The notes below the pieces were generated by a model. That model had not been told where the DNA came from, ran no database searches, and saw only the letters and a program-made list of their open reading frames with translations. Of a stretch of DNA of 44,899 nt, positions 18,206 to 27,758 are shown one piece after another (position 1 is the stretch's first letter; the number at the start of each line of letters is the position of its first letter). A program made the position numbers and the translations under genes. This DNA comes from a virus (Duplodnaviria; Caudoviricetes): IMG/VR virus record IMGVR_UViG_3300037423_001019, positions 1 to 44,899 of that record; one strand, 5' to 3'.

Positions 18206-18338
18206 GGGCGGGGTCTTCGGGCTCCGCCCTACTCATCCCGCGAAAACGGCCTGCAAAGTGGACGCCCGTCGTGGGCGAAAGCGAGCCAGGTACGGTCAAA
18301 GCCACTGCGGGACACGCGCGGGCAAAATGTGGGGCGCG
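18206..18338 (+). ncRNA. Candidate structured RNA (UUCG hairpin plus possible pseudoknot) after the capsid gene
   Basis: Stems identified by eye; detailed in findings. Confidence 0.4.
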
Positions 18339-18343
18339 CACTA

Positions 18344-18664
18344 ATGAACAAACGACTGCTCGACTACGACCCGGCAACGGGCCTCAAAACGTTCCATTCC
18401 TACGACGAGACGGAGGATAAAACCTTCATCTCTTACGAACAGGATGTGCAGCCGATTCTGGACCGCAACAAGGCAATCCAGAACCACGGTAATCACAAGA
18501 TGGGTGATGGCTACATAGCCGCATCAATTCCCTGCTCGATCATGCTCAAATGGATGATCGAATATGGTGTGGACGTAATGAATCCCGACCACGGCGAGGC
18601 TGTGAAGAAGCTCCTGAACAGCTCCGACTGGCGGCACCTGAAGCGTACACCATTTACCATCTAA
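18344..18664 (+). CDS. Conserved hypothetical protein after the capsid gene
   Basis: EQDVQPILDRNK..ASIP..W..KKLLNSSDW pattern; start reassigned. Confidence 0.75.
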   Translation: MNKRLLDYDPATGLKTFHSYDETEDKTFISYEQDVQPILDRNKAIQNHGNHKMGDGYIAASIPCSIMLKWMIEYGVDVMNPDHGEAVKKLLNSSDWRHLKRTPFTI

Positions 18665-18677
18665 AGGAATAATCCAA

Positions 18678-19154
18678 ATGGCTACTATCGTTCGGAGGCT
18701 TCCGAGCGCGTCCTTCACGCGCCCGGCTGACACTACCGCCTATGCCTCGGGCGACCTCATGGCAAATTCGACGACCGCCGGCTCGGTGGTTGCGATGACG
18801 TTCAACCCAGTCACCAAGGGCTCGGGCCGCTCGGCGCAGATTCGCCGTGTGCGCGTGTCAAAGACGGGGACCAGCGTCACCAACGCATCGGTTCGCCTTC
18901 ACCTCTACACCACGAGCACAATCACCGCCGCGAATGGCGACAACGGCGCGTGGTCAACGGACAAGGCGGCAAGTTACGTCGGCTCGGTCGATGTGACGAT
19001 CGACAAAGCGATGACGGACGGCGCAGCGGGCAACGCGACGTGCGAGTTCAACGTCAACAGCCTGTCGCTGTACGGGCTCCTCGAAGCGCGCGGCGCCTAT
19101 ACGCCGGCCAGTGCCGAGGTGTTCACGGTCACGCTGGAATCCTGCGAAGACTAA
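18678..19154 (+). CDS. Putative capsid decoration or structural protein
   Basis: AAGGA RBS; TRPADTTAYASGD...YTPASAEVFTVTL; followed by a terminator. Confidence 0.7.
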   Translation: MATIVRRLPSASFTRPADTTAYASGDLMANSTTAGSVVAMTFNPVTKGSGRSAQIRRVRVSKTGTSVTNASVRLHLYTTSTITAANGDNGAWSTDKAASYVGSVDVTIDKAMTDGAAGNATCEFNVNSLSLYGLLEARGAYTPASAEVFTVTLESCED

Positions 19155-19306
19155 CCAAGTGAGGCGGGGGTTTCGGCTCCCGCCTCTTTCGTTAGAGCGA
19201 TGATGATAGCGCGACGCATGAGGTAAAACGTTCGCCCGCTTATCTCTTCCTCGCGCTCCGCCTCCATGGCGGCGTCAATGATCGCCTCAATATCCTTCTC
19301 AGCCAT
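19151..19306 (-). CDS. Antisense moron, 51 aa (MAEKDIEAIIDAAMEAER...)
   Basis: Own promoter TTGCCA-N17-TAGCCG-N6-ATG; fills the intergenic gap. Confidence 0.5.
   Translation of the reverse strand: MAEKDIEAIIDAAMEAEREEEISGRTFYLMRRAIIIALTKEAGAETPASLG
19161..19190 (+). terminator. Intrinsic terminator
   Basis: GAGGCGGGGG-TTTCGG-CTCCCGCCTC followed by TTTC. Confidence 0.7.
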
Positions 19307-19334
19307 GACCCTCGGCTAACACACAGGAGCGCCA

Positions 19335-19994
19335 ATGGCAATTTCCCTCAACGTATCGGCTCCGGCGGCGATCCCGGACCTAGATACGCTGAAATCGACG
19401 GCAAGCGACTGGCTGGACCGGGACGATCTCGACACGAAAATCCCGACGTTCATTCAGATGGCGGAGGCGATGTTCAATCGCGAGCTGCGCGCGCCGGAGA
19501 TGGAAAAGACCTCCACAGGCTCGGTGACGGCGGAAGACACGCCTTTACCGGCGGACTATCTCGCTATGCGGGCAATCTATGTCGAGGGCTCGCCCGACCG
19601 CCCTTTGCGGGGCGTCGCACCTTCGGCCATTCGGCAGGGGTTTGACGGCACGGCGGGAACGCCGCTGGCTTATGCCATCGTTTCTCAGTCGATCAGGCTC
19701 GTTCCGCCGCCCTCTGATGAAATCCTGGTCACAATCGACTATTGGGCGAAGATCGACGCATTGTCTGTGGTCGCCCCGTCCAACTGGCTGCTCGAAAAGC
19801 ATCCCGACGCCTATCTCTACGGCACGCTTTATTGCGCCGAAGCCTATCTCGACAATTCCACCCGTGCCGCGCAATGGAAAAGCCTCCTCGACCAGACCAT
19901 TGACCGGATCAACCGGACGGCACGCAACGACCGCTACGGAGCCGGCCCGCTGGTCCCCAATACGGTCGGACAGGTTCGCAATTCACGGTGCTGA
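19335..19994 (+). CDS. Head-tail adaptor (tail tubular A-like)
   Basis: DWLDRDDL..IPTFIQMAEA..NWLLEKHPDAYLYGTL. Confidence 0.8.
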   Translation: MAISLNVSAPAAIPDLDTLKSTASDWLDRDDLDTKIPTFIQMAEAMFNRELRAPEMEKTSTGSVTAEDTPLPADYLAMRAIYVEGSPDRPLRGVAPSAIRQGFDGTAGTPLAYAIVSQSIRLVPPPSDEILVTIDYWAKIDALSVVAPSNWLLEKHPDAYLYGTLYCAEAYLDNSTRAAQWKSLLDQTIDRINRTARNDRYGAGPLVPNTVGQVRNSRC

Positions 19995-21385
19995 AAGCCG
20001 TCCAGCTGCCCGAGTGGCTGCCCGATCTCGTCAACAACGTCCTCACCAGGGCGATCAACGTCCGCGCCGTCGCCAACGGTTATGCCCCGGTGAGGGCTCC
20101 GCAGGCCGTTACGTCGGCGCTTCCCGCAGCATTTAACGGGGGCGGCGCGTTCATCGATTCCGGCGGAGGATCTACGCTTCTCGCCGCGACTTCGGCAAAC
20201 GTCTATAAGTACAGCACCACCTGGACGAGCATCGGGGCCCTCGCCTCGTCTCAGGTCGTCCGCTTCGCGCAGTTCGGCGACAATGTCCTGATGGCCCCCG
20301 GAAGCACGGTCAAGCGCTACGGGCTCCTCACGGGGACGGTGACAACCCCGACCGACGCCCCGGCTTTGATCGATGTGGCTCAGGTCCGCGATTTCGTCAT
20401 GGGCATCACCACCGACAATGCGGTGCAATGGTGTCAGTTCAACAATTCAGGCGTGTGGACGACCGGCGCGAACCAGGCCGACAAGCAGCCGATCCTGTCG
20501 AGTCAGGGCGTCCGGATCATCGGCGGGGAATATGCGATCCTGCTCAAACGGCAGGGGGTGATGCGCATTTCCTACGTCGGCGTCCAGGGCGTCGAGGAAA
20601 TCATTTTCCAGTTCGACGAGATTGCGCCCGAAGTCGGGTGCATGGCCGCTGGCTCGGTGTGCAATACGGGACGGCTGATCTTCTTCCTCTCCGAACGCGG
20701 GTTTATGATGTGCGACGGGGCAGAAGTCGTTCCGATTGCCGACGAGAAGTTCAACCGCTGGTTTTTCAAGACCTATTCCAGGACGGAAATCGCCAACATC
20801 TGGGCGGCGATCGATCCCCGGAACAGCCTCGTCTTCTGGGCCATGCCCGGCACTCCGGGACGGATCATCGCCTATAACTGGGTTCTGCAAAGAGGAACCA
20901 CAATCGAGATCGATGTCGCGGGGATCTTCACCGGCTACACTGCGGGGATCAACCTCGACGCCCTGGACGCCATTTACGGCAATCTCGACGCGATTACGAT
21001 CAGTCTGGACGATCCTTCACTGGCGGGCGGAAACCCGATCATGCTCATCGCCGCTGCGGACAATTCCCTCGGGGCTTTGAGCGGGGACAATCTTCAGGCG
21101 ACGCTGAGGCTGGAGAATATCGAGCCCACGCCGGGCCAAAGGTCGCGGATACGCTCGCTCAGATTGATTTCAGACACCACGGCCGCCTCGGCGACGCTCG
21201 ACTCCCGCATGAGGTCAGGCGACGGGGAGGGGATCATCTCAGCCTCCACGATGCGGTCCAACGGCAAGCTGCCGATCCGTGCCAACGGGCGTTATAACAC
21301 GCTGGAGGTCACGATCCCCTCGGGGGCGACATGGACGCATATCCAGGGATGCGAGTTTGAGTTCGAGCCGGGAGACGGGCGGTGA
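19988..21385 (+). CDS. Tail nozzle / DNA stabilisation protein (P22 gp10-like)
   Basis: Beta-propeller-like; FQFDEIAPEVGC..IFFLSERGF; synteny. Confidence 0.75.
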   Translation: MLKAVQLPEWLPDLVNNVLTRAINVRAVANGYAPVRAPQAVTSALPAAFNGGGAFIDSGGGSTLLAATSANVYKYSTTWTSIGALASSQVVRFAQFGDNVLMAPGSTVKRYGLLTGTVTTPTDAPALIDVAQVRDFVMGITTDNAVQWCQFNNSGVWTTGANQADKQPILSSQGVRIIGGEYAILLKRQGVMRISYVGVQGVEEIIFQFDEIAPEVGCMAAGSVCNTGRLIFFLSERGFMMCDGAEVVPIADEKFNRWFFKTYSRTEIANIWAAIDPRNSLVFWAMPGTPGRIIAYNWVLQRGTTIEIDVAGIFTGYTAGINLDALDAIYGNLDAITISLDDPSLAGGNPIMLIAAADNSLGALSGDNLQATLRLENIEPTPGQRSRIRSLRLISDTTAASATLDSRMRSGDGEGIISASTMRSNGKLPIRANGRYNTLEVTIPSGATWTHIQGCEFEFEPGDGR

Positions 21386-21807
21386 GCGGCATTCATCCGC
21401 GCACGTCGCACCTTTCCGACGCGAGACAGATTTCGAGCGCCGTCAACTTCACGCTGAGGAAAACCGATCCGCTGGCCTTAAGCTCGGACCAGCTCAGCCT
21501 CACGGTTGACCGGACATTAGCCGTCACCGGCAACGTGGATGTGACGGGCTTCTACAAGGTTCTGACGGTTCAGGTGGTCGGCCCGCGCCAGACTGGCTGG
21601 GCGGCGGATACGGGGACAGGCGAAACGACGGCCCATGCGACCTACACCAAGGGCAGCAACCTGACGTTCACCGATCCGCCCACGGCCTCCGAAATGAGCG
21701 CACTGGCTACGCGCATCGCCAACATTGAAACCGCGCTCCAGAATTTCAGCCGCGGGCAAAAGTCGGTCAAGGACGCGCTGATTACGCACGGACTCATCGG
21801 CACTTGA
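21382..21807 (+). CDS. Tail-associated protein (needle or plug position)
   Basis: GTGA coupling; C-terminal coiled coil ending THGLI. Confidence 0.6.
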   Translation: MSGIHPRTSHLSDARQISSAVNFTLRKTDPLALSSDQLSLTVDRTLAVTGNVDVTGFYKVLTVQVVGPRQTGWAADTGTGETTAHATYTKGSNLTFTDPPTASEMSALATRIANIETALQNFSRGQKSVKDALITHGLIGT

Positions 21808-22196
21808 TCATCGGCGCGGTCTCCGATCCTCGGCTGTGGGATCGGTGGCCGGAAGCCGAAGCATTACTCGAACCGGCGCGGGAGAGGGGCGATTTTCCCT
21901 CGGTCCTCGACGACGACGAAATCCTGTTCGCGGTGATGGACGGGGACGAATTGCTGGCCTGCGCAACGGCGTGGCTGAGCTCACAGGGATATGTCGAGAT
22001 TAAACTTGTTGGCGGGCGGGATTACCGCCGCTGGCTCGGCGAATTAGACAGGGTGATTGGGGCCGCAGCTGCGGAGGCGGGAGCCACGCGGATGATCGGC
22101 ATTGGGCGCGCTGGTTGGAGCAGAATCTTGCAGCGCAATGGGTGGGTGAAATTGCAGCCGGTTGAGGATCACTGGCTGTTCGAGCGGGAGCTTTAG
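21804..22196 (+). CDS. Hypothetical, possibly GNAT-like tail assembly protein
   Basis: GRAGWSRIL motif; position before ejection genes. Confidence 0.6.
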   Translation: MIIGAVSDPRLWDRWPEAEALLEPARERGDFPSVLDDDEILFAVMDGDELLACATAWLSSQGYVEIKLVGGRDYRRWLGELDRVIGAAAAEAGATRMIGIGRAGWSRILQRNGWVKLQPVEDHWLFEREL

Positions 22197-23096
22197 GTGG
22201 GCAAGAAAACAACCAAGACCAAGAGCGAGTCAACGCCTTGGGCGCCAGCGCAGCCGTACATTCTCGGCGCGGCCAACGACATTCAGAACATCGTCAAGCA
22301 GAACCAGCCCAATCTTCAGGCGCTACAGGGCTCGCTCACCGGATCGATCATTCCCGGCCTTCAGCAGCAGATGCAGAACACCGGAGCCCAGCTTCAACCG
22401 GGCTACGATTACGTCAATGCGACACTGGGCGGGAAATACCTCAACTCCAACCCCTACACACAGGCGATGGCGAAGCAGGCCGGACAGGCCGCGGCGAACC
22501 AGGTCAATACCGACTTCTCGGCGGCGGGACGAACCGGATCGGGCAACCACGCTACCGATCTCGCACGAGGTGTCGATCAGGCACAGAACGCAGTCCTGTT
22601 CCAGAACTACCAGAACGAGCGCTCGCTGCAAAATCAGGCATTGGGATCCCTTCCCGGCATGACCACGGCGCAATATGCCGGATATCAGCCCCTCCTCGCC
22701 GCAACGCAGCTCGCCGGGCAATTGCCTTACTACGGGGCGAGCGCCGAATCCGGCATCGGTAACCTGTTCGGCGGCTACGGAACCACCACCGGCACACAGC
22801 CGGGCGGCTGGGGCAATACGCTTGGCGGCATTCTCGGGGCGGGCCTCGGCGGATGGGCAAGCGGAGGGTTCGCGCTTCCGTCAGATCGCCGGCTCAAGAC
22901 GAACATCAAGCTCATTCGCCGCGCCAAGGATGGTCTTGGCGAATATGAGTGGAACTGGAAGGCCGACCCGGACGGAGAGACGGTTCGCGGCGTCATTGCC
23001 GATGAAGTCGAGAAACTGCGGCCGTGGGCCTTCATCCCGAACTTCAAGGGTGATTACGCCGGCGTCAATTACGCAGTGCTGGGGAGCCTTGCATAA
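22197..23096 (+). CDS. DNA ejection (internal virion) protein with C-terminal S74 chaperone-like domain
   Basis: Q/G/N-rich body; PSDRRLKTNI..GVIADEV..VNY. Confidence 0.7.
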   Translation: MGKKTTKTKSESTPWAPAQPYILGAANDIQNIVKQNQPNLQALQGSLTGSIIPGLQQQMQNTGAQLQPGYDYVNATLGGKYLNSNPYTQAMAKQAGQAAANQVNTDFSAAGRTGSGNHATDLARGVDQAQNAVLFQNYQNERSLQNQALGSLPGMTTAQYAGYQPLLAATQLAGQLPYYGASAESGIGNLFGGYGTTTGTQPGGWGNTLGGILGAGLGGWASGGFALPSDRRLKTNIKLIRRAKDGLGEYEWNWKADPDGETVRGVIADEVEKLRPWAFIPNFKGDYAGVNYAVLGSLA

Positions 23097-23617
23097 TGGA
23101 CCCGATCTTCACGCAGCAGTTCACGCAGCCTCCCAAACAGAAATCCGGAGGCATGTTCGGCAACAACGGCGTAGGTCGCGCGATCGCCGGGATGATCGGC
23201 GATTTTCTCCTCCAGCGGGCAGGGATGCAGCCGATCTATATGCCGAGCGTGATGCAGCAACGTCAGGCGGCAATGGAGGATGCTCGTTATGGCCGTGAGC
23301 GACAGGACAAGCGCGACGACTTCACGTTCGAGCAGGATTATCGCGCGCAGCATCAGGCACCTGACGACTTTACCCAGATGATGATGGCGGCCGGGATCGA
23401 CCCAAACAGCGAGCAGGGCAAGGCGCTCTATCTTCAGGCGGTGCAGAACAAGGCCAACCCGTTCACTCAGATGCGTGTGCAGAACCCAGACGGGAGCGAG
23501 ACGCTTCAGTTCATGCGCCCGCCAATGGCCCCTCCGGGCCCAGTCGGCAAGCTGACGCCCTTGGGCGCGGGAGGTCCGGGCCTCGGCGGTCCGGGCGGAT
23601 TTCTCAAGCCTTTCTAG
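23096..23617 (+). CDS. Internal virion / ejection protein (short form)
   Basis: TAATG coupling; M/Q/G-rich. Confidence 0.75.
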   Translation: MDPIFTQQFTQPPKQKSGGMFGNNGVGRAIAGMIGDFLLQRAGMQPIYMPSVMQQRQAAMEDARYGRERQDKRDDFTFEQDYRAQHQAPDDFTQMMMAAGIDPNSEQGKALYLQAVQNKANPFTQMRVQNPDGSETLQFMRPPMAPPGPVGKLTPLGAGGPGLGGPGGFLKPF

Positions 23618-23960
23618 CGCCGTTCAGGGGCAGGAATCGAGCAATACCGCCGGAGCGATCGGCCAACCGACGCAATGGGGCCGGGCTCTAGGTTTGATGC
23701 AAACGCTCCCCGGCACCGCCAAGGAAATGGCGGGCAAGCTGGGGCTGCCGTGGCGTCCGGATTTGCTCACATCGAAGGATGGGGTCGGGGCGCGCTACCA
23801 GCAAGCGCTGGGCGATGCCTACCTGCACGAGGGGCTGGAGAAGACCGGCAACGTCCGGGATGCCCTCCGTTATTACCATGGCGGTCCGAACCGCAAGATG
23901 TGGGGTCGCAAGACCAATGCCTACGCCGATCAGGTGCTGGGCCGCTTGAGAGGATATTGA
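23604..23960 (+). CDS. Lytic transglycosylase (SLT) domain, likely expressed by +1 frameshift from 23096-23617
   Basis: AVQGQESS..ALGLMQTLPGTA..ALRYYHGGP..TNAYADQVL; no ATG/GTG/TTG between the stop at 23553 and TTG 23694. Confidence 0.75.
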   Translation, partial: SSLSSAVQGQESSNTAGAIGQPTQWGRALGLMQTLPGTAKEMAGKLGLPWRPDLLTSKDGVGARYQQALGDAYLHEGLEKTGNVRDALRYYHGGPNRKMWGRKTNAYADQVLGRLRGY

Positions 23961-26455
23961 TGGCTCAGAATCTCGCGGTTGATGAGGCCGGCAACGTCTG
24001 GGACATGTCCAGCGGACAGCCGCGCTTTGTCAGCGGTCCTCAGCAGAGCATCCAGACGAAGCCCGCCGACCAGACCATGCCGTTCAAGGTTACGCAGGAG
24101 CGTAATCAGGCGGCAGCATCGCAGTTCGCGCCGCAAATCGCCGGAGCTGACGCAGCAATCAAGGGCGCCCAAGCCGGAACCGCTGGGGTTGTCGCCCAAG
24201 CCGACGCGCAGAAGGCGGTAGCCGATGCGCAGAGGGCTCAGGCAGAGCTGGCCAAGCTGAAGCTGGAACAGTCGCAGGCCGATCCCAAGTCTGGAGCATA
24301 CAAGTCGCTTCAGGAGCAGATTGACCGCGTTTCCGAGCTGTTCCGAAGAGATATTCAGGGCGGACTGCCGAACCCCCTGTGGGGACACCTTCCGACCCCG
24401 GCGAACAGCGCGTTTTCCAGCGCCGCGCAGGGCCTTGTCAATCCTTACATGCAGGCGTTCCGCATTCCCGGCGTGGGCTCGCAGTCCGATACCGAGCTGC
24501 GCCAGTTTATCGAGGGCAACGTACCCCAGCCCACGGACACCGATGCACAGATCCAGGAGAAGATCGGCAACCTCCAGCGCCAGCTGGATTCGCGCGTTCC
24601 GCCACAGGTTCCGAATCCGCCTGATCAAATGGGTATCACCCAGGGAAACACTCGCGCCGAAGTCGATCCTGTTCTGAAGGCGGTTGCGGGCAAAGTCGGC
24701 GTCATGCTGTCCAATGGTGCGCCGCGAACGCAAATTGAGGAGTTCCTGAAGAAGAGCGGCGTCGATCCGGCGAGCACCGACCTCGATGCGAAGATCAAGT
24801 ATCGCGCCACGCCGGAGTTCAAGCGGTGGCAGAGGGCAAACCCCGGCGCTCCGTACCCGATCGATCCAAGCTTCTACACCAAGCAAATCCCGATGAGCGA
24901 TGCGCGGAGCCTGCTCAACCAGTCAGCGCGAGACGGCATCGGCGGGGCGCTTCAGGCCGGAGTTTTGGCAAGCGCCAACGCGATCAGCGGCGGCAGGCTC
25001 GACAATCTCGTTTCCGATCCCGCAATGGCCCAAACCGGCATGGATTTGATGCGGGGAAGGCACCCCAATGCCTCGTTCTTGGGCGACCTTGCCGGTCAAG
25101 CATCGGTTGAGGCCACGCTGGGGCGCATTCCGGGCGCTCAGAGCCTCATGGCCACCCGATGGGGCCGGAGGGGCGCGGACGCACTGTATGGGGCTTATTC
25201 GGGCTCTGGGGAGAATGATGGTGATCCGTTGGTCGGGGCGTTCACTGGCGCGCTGACCAATATGGGTGGCGGAATGTTCGGGCGCGGCGCTCAACGAAGC
25301 CTCGGACGCATCGGAACCGGCGTTAAGAACGCGCACCTTCAATATCTCGACAATCTCGGCATCCCGCTTACCGTAGGCCGCATTGCTCGGGGTTCTGAAA
25401 GCACCTTGGGCCACGCCATCGGCGGCATTGAAGAGCGTATGGCCGGGCTGCCGATCTCTGACGCGATTATCAACAGCGCCCGTAAACGGGGTGACGAAGC
25501 GTTCAACTCCGCGGCCTTCCGTCAAATGGGCGGATCAGGGGCGACGGGCGCTGCGGGAATCAGCGAAGGCAAGAATATCGTCGGCAACGCCTACAATTTC
25601 CTCGACAATGCCAATCTGCCCGTTGACGAGCAATTCAACGCTGCCATTGCTGGCTTGAAATCAAACCTTCCACGCAATCTCGGCGGCGGCATCTCGGATC
25701 GCATCCAGGCCATCGAAAATGCGATCAATGATGGCTCGCTGAGCGGCCGCAGTTGGCAGGATGCTATTCGGGGCATCAAGGCCGATCGCGCATCGCTTCG
25801 AGGCCAGCCATTCTCGGATCAGGCGTTGGGCTCGCTCGACAATCTCGAAAGCGCGCTTCACGACCTCGCGGGTCGAGTCGGCCCAGCGGGAACGGCGGAC
25901 AATCTTGCCAATGCGAACAAGCTCAACAGCCAGTTCCAGACACTCGCAGCAGCGCTCGACAACGGCCCCGTCCAGAAAGCCGATGAGCTGTTCAGCGCTG
26001 GTCGTCTGGACGATGCCTCCAGAATGAACGGACGCAAGTTCGGCGGCCGCGTTTCGGCGCTTATGGGCAATCGTCCGTTTTATGAGCTCACCACGGCCGG
26101 CAAGGCGGTAATGCCCAACCTCACGCCCGATTCCGGGACGGCTGGCCGCGCGTTGCTTTATTCAACGCTGTTCGGCGGCGTTGGGGGCGGAGGCATTGGC
26201 TTCGCGACCGCGGATGAGGGTCAGGGTGGCGAAGGCGGCATGAGCGGAGCGTTGAAGGGTTTAGCCGTCGCCGGAGCGCTGGCAGCGCCATACAGCAAAT
26301 CCGGCCAGAAGATCATCCAGAACGCTCTTCTGCGCCAGCGGCCCCGAGATATCGAGAGGTTCGGCCAGTTTCTTATCTCACACCCCAAGCTCGCCGGCAT
26401 GTTCGGCTCGGCAATGGGCCGTGATTACGTCTATCAACCTGAATTGGATCAGTGA
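23960..26455 (+). CDS. Large DNA ejection / internal virion protein
   Basis: GAGGA RBS; TGATG coupling; A/G/Q-rich; start reassigned to MAQNLAV. Confidence 0.8.
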   Translation: MAQNLAVDEAGNVWDMSSGQPRFVSGPQQSIQTKPADQTMPFKVTQERNQAAASQFAPQIAGADAAIKGAQAGTAGVVAQADAQKAVADAQRAQAELAKLKLEQSQADPKSGAYKSLQEQIDRVSELFRRDIQGGLPNPLWGHLPTPANSAFSSAAQGLVNPYMQAFRIPGVGSQSDTELRQFIEGNVPQPTDTDAQIQEKIGNLQRQLDSRVPPQVPNPPDQMGITQGNTRAEVDPVLKAVAGKVGVMLSNGAPRTQIEEFLKKSGVDPASTDLDAKIKYRATPEFKRWQRANPGAPYPIDPSFYTKQIPMSDARSLLNQSARDGIGGALQAGVLASANAISGGRLDNLVSDPAMAQTGMDLMRGRHPNASFLGDLAGQASVEATLGRIPGAQSLMATRWGRRGADALYGAYSGSGENDGDPLVGAFTGALTNMGGGMFGRGAQRSLGRIGTGVKNAHLQYLDNLGIPLTVGRIARGSESTLGHAIGGIEERMAGLPISDAIINSARKRGDEAFNSAAFRQMGGSGATGAAGISEGKNIVGNAYNFLDNANLPVDEQFNAAIAGLKSNLPRNLGGGISDRIQAIENAINDGSLSGRSWQDAIRGIKADRASLRGQPFSDQALGSLDNLESALHDLAGRVGPAGTADNLANANKLNSQFQTLAAALDNGPVQKADELFSAGRLDDASRMNGRKFGGRVSALMGNRPFYELTTAGKAVMPNLTPDSGTAGRALLYSTLFGGVGGGGIGFATADEGQGGEGGMSGALKGLAVAGALAAPYSKSGQKIIQNALLRQRPRDIERFGQFLISHPKLAGMFGSAMGRDYVYQPELDQ

Positions 26456-26799
26456 AGCAGCTGAGCCGCTACCGCTGTCGCCATTAGGGCGGCAACGGCC
26501 GCCGCCCAGCCCAAACGAACGCCATTCCACGCCGATTTGACCGCCACGATGCGTTCGGAAGGGGGATAGAATAAAGCCGCCTCCGGCCCGCAAAGGCCCT
26601 GCTCTGAGCGAGCGCTGAGGGCGGGGACGGTCTTAGTCGTCACTCGGCCCTTCACCGGGTCAATATCGTGATCCGCCACGGCGGGATGGTGGCACTGATC
26701 GCCCTTTAGATAGCAGCAGTCCACACACAGGAACTCGACGGCGGAAGCCTCCCGCCGGACCATAGTTAGACGCTCACGAGCCGCGGCAACGCGATCCAC
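26449..26799 (-). CDS. Antisense moron with Cys cluster and C-terminal TM helix
   Basis: CVDCCY..QCHHP..LCGPEA; promoter TTGTTT-N17-TAGAAG-N6-GTG. Confidence 0.65.
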   Translation of the reverse strand: MDRVAAARERLTMVRREASAVEFLCVDCCYLKGDQCHHPAVADHDIDPVKGRVTTKTVPALSARSEQGLCGPEAALFYPPSERIVAVKSAWNGVRLGWAAAVAALMATAVAAQLLH

Positions 26800-26845
26800 G
26801 CCCCCCTTCTACCGCAATTCCAATCCCTAAACAACGGAGAGCCAG

Positions 26846-27181
26846 TTGAGCTTTTCCAGCTACTCCCTCACGCCAGCGGCAAACGTGACGATCAACGGCA
26901 TTTCGATTGCCGAAAATTGTCCCGCAGCCAATGTCAACAATGCCTTGAGGCAACTCGCGGCGGATGGGCGCGAGCTCTACAACACGGTCAGCGGGATCAG
27001 CACCGCTACGCTGATGCCCAAGGCCGGGGGAACCTTCACCGGGCAAATCCTTCGCTCGGGAGCCGGGGGGTATCTCTACAACGCCGGTTCATCCCAGACC
27101 GGAGGCGCGGTTTACGTCCAGGCGTCGGGAACGGCCCTGCCGCCGTCTCCGCAAGAGGGCACGTTCGTGTTCTTCTACTGA
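26846..27181 (+). CDS. Tail fibre anchor or adaptor-like protein
   Basis: GGAGAG RBS; AENCPAANVNNALRQ. Confidence 0.7.
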   Translation: MSFSSYSLTPAANVTINGISIAENCPAANVNNALRQLAADGRELYNTVSGISTATLMPKAGGTFTGQILRSGAGGYLYNAGSSQTGGAVYVQASGTALPPSPQEGTFVFFY

Positions 27182-27750
27182 TGCAGATCAGGAAAGGCGG
27201 TTCCTGGCGTACCATAACGTCAGCGCAGGCTTACATCAACGGCGCCTGGCGGCAACTCACGCACGGCAAGCACTACAAGAACCTCATTTGGCGTGAGGTG
27301 GTCAATTTCACCACTACCCCAACTCCACCATCCCCACCGCCTCCACCACCCCCTTCTCCGCCACCCCCTCCTCCTCCACCATCCCCACCGCCTCCACCGA
27401 CGCTCGGGCTGTCGATCACACCGTCCTCGTTCAACTTGATCCAGAACAGCGCGGCGATCAGCAAACAACTCACCGCCACTCCTTCCGGGGGTAAGTCACC
27501 CTACCGCTACCAGTGGTCGATCACCCAGTCCGATGGGCCGATGACGCTGACCAATCCAACGTCGGCGACCGTCACCGTCACAACCAACGGGCTGCCGGAG
27601 GGGGCGACGTGGCGGGTCACTGTCAAGTGCGTCTGCACCGACAGCACCGGGCTCACTGGGCAGGCAAGCGCCAGCGGCGGCTTTGAACATGACGAACCCT
27701 CCCCCGGCGGCGTCGATCTTCCGCCCGGTGGCAGCGGCGGCATTCCGTGA
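27181..27750 (+). CDS. Fibre-tip-like protein with poly-Pro linker and Ig/PKD-like domain
   Basis: TGATG coupling; SPPPP repeats; ATPSGGKSPYRYQWS. Confidence 0.7.
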   Translation: MQIRKGGSWRTITSAQAYINGAWRQLTHGKHYKNLIWREVVNFTTTPTPPSPPPPPPPSPPPPPPPPSPPPPPTLGLSITPSSFNLIQNSAAISKQLTATPSGGKSPYRYQWSITQSDGPMTLTNPTSATVTVTTNGLPEGATWRVTVKCVCTDSTGLTGQASASGGFEHDEPSPGGVDLPPGGSGGIP

Positions 27751-27758
27751 GGTATTGA

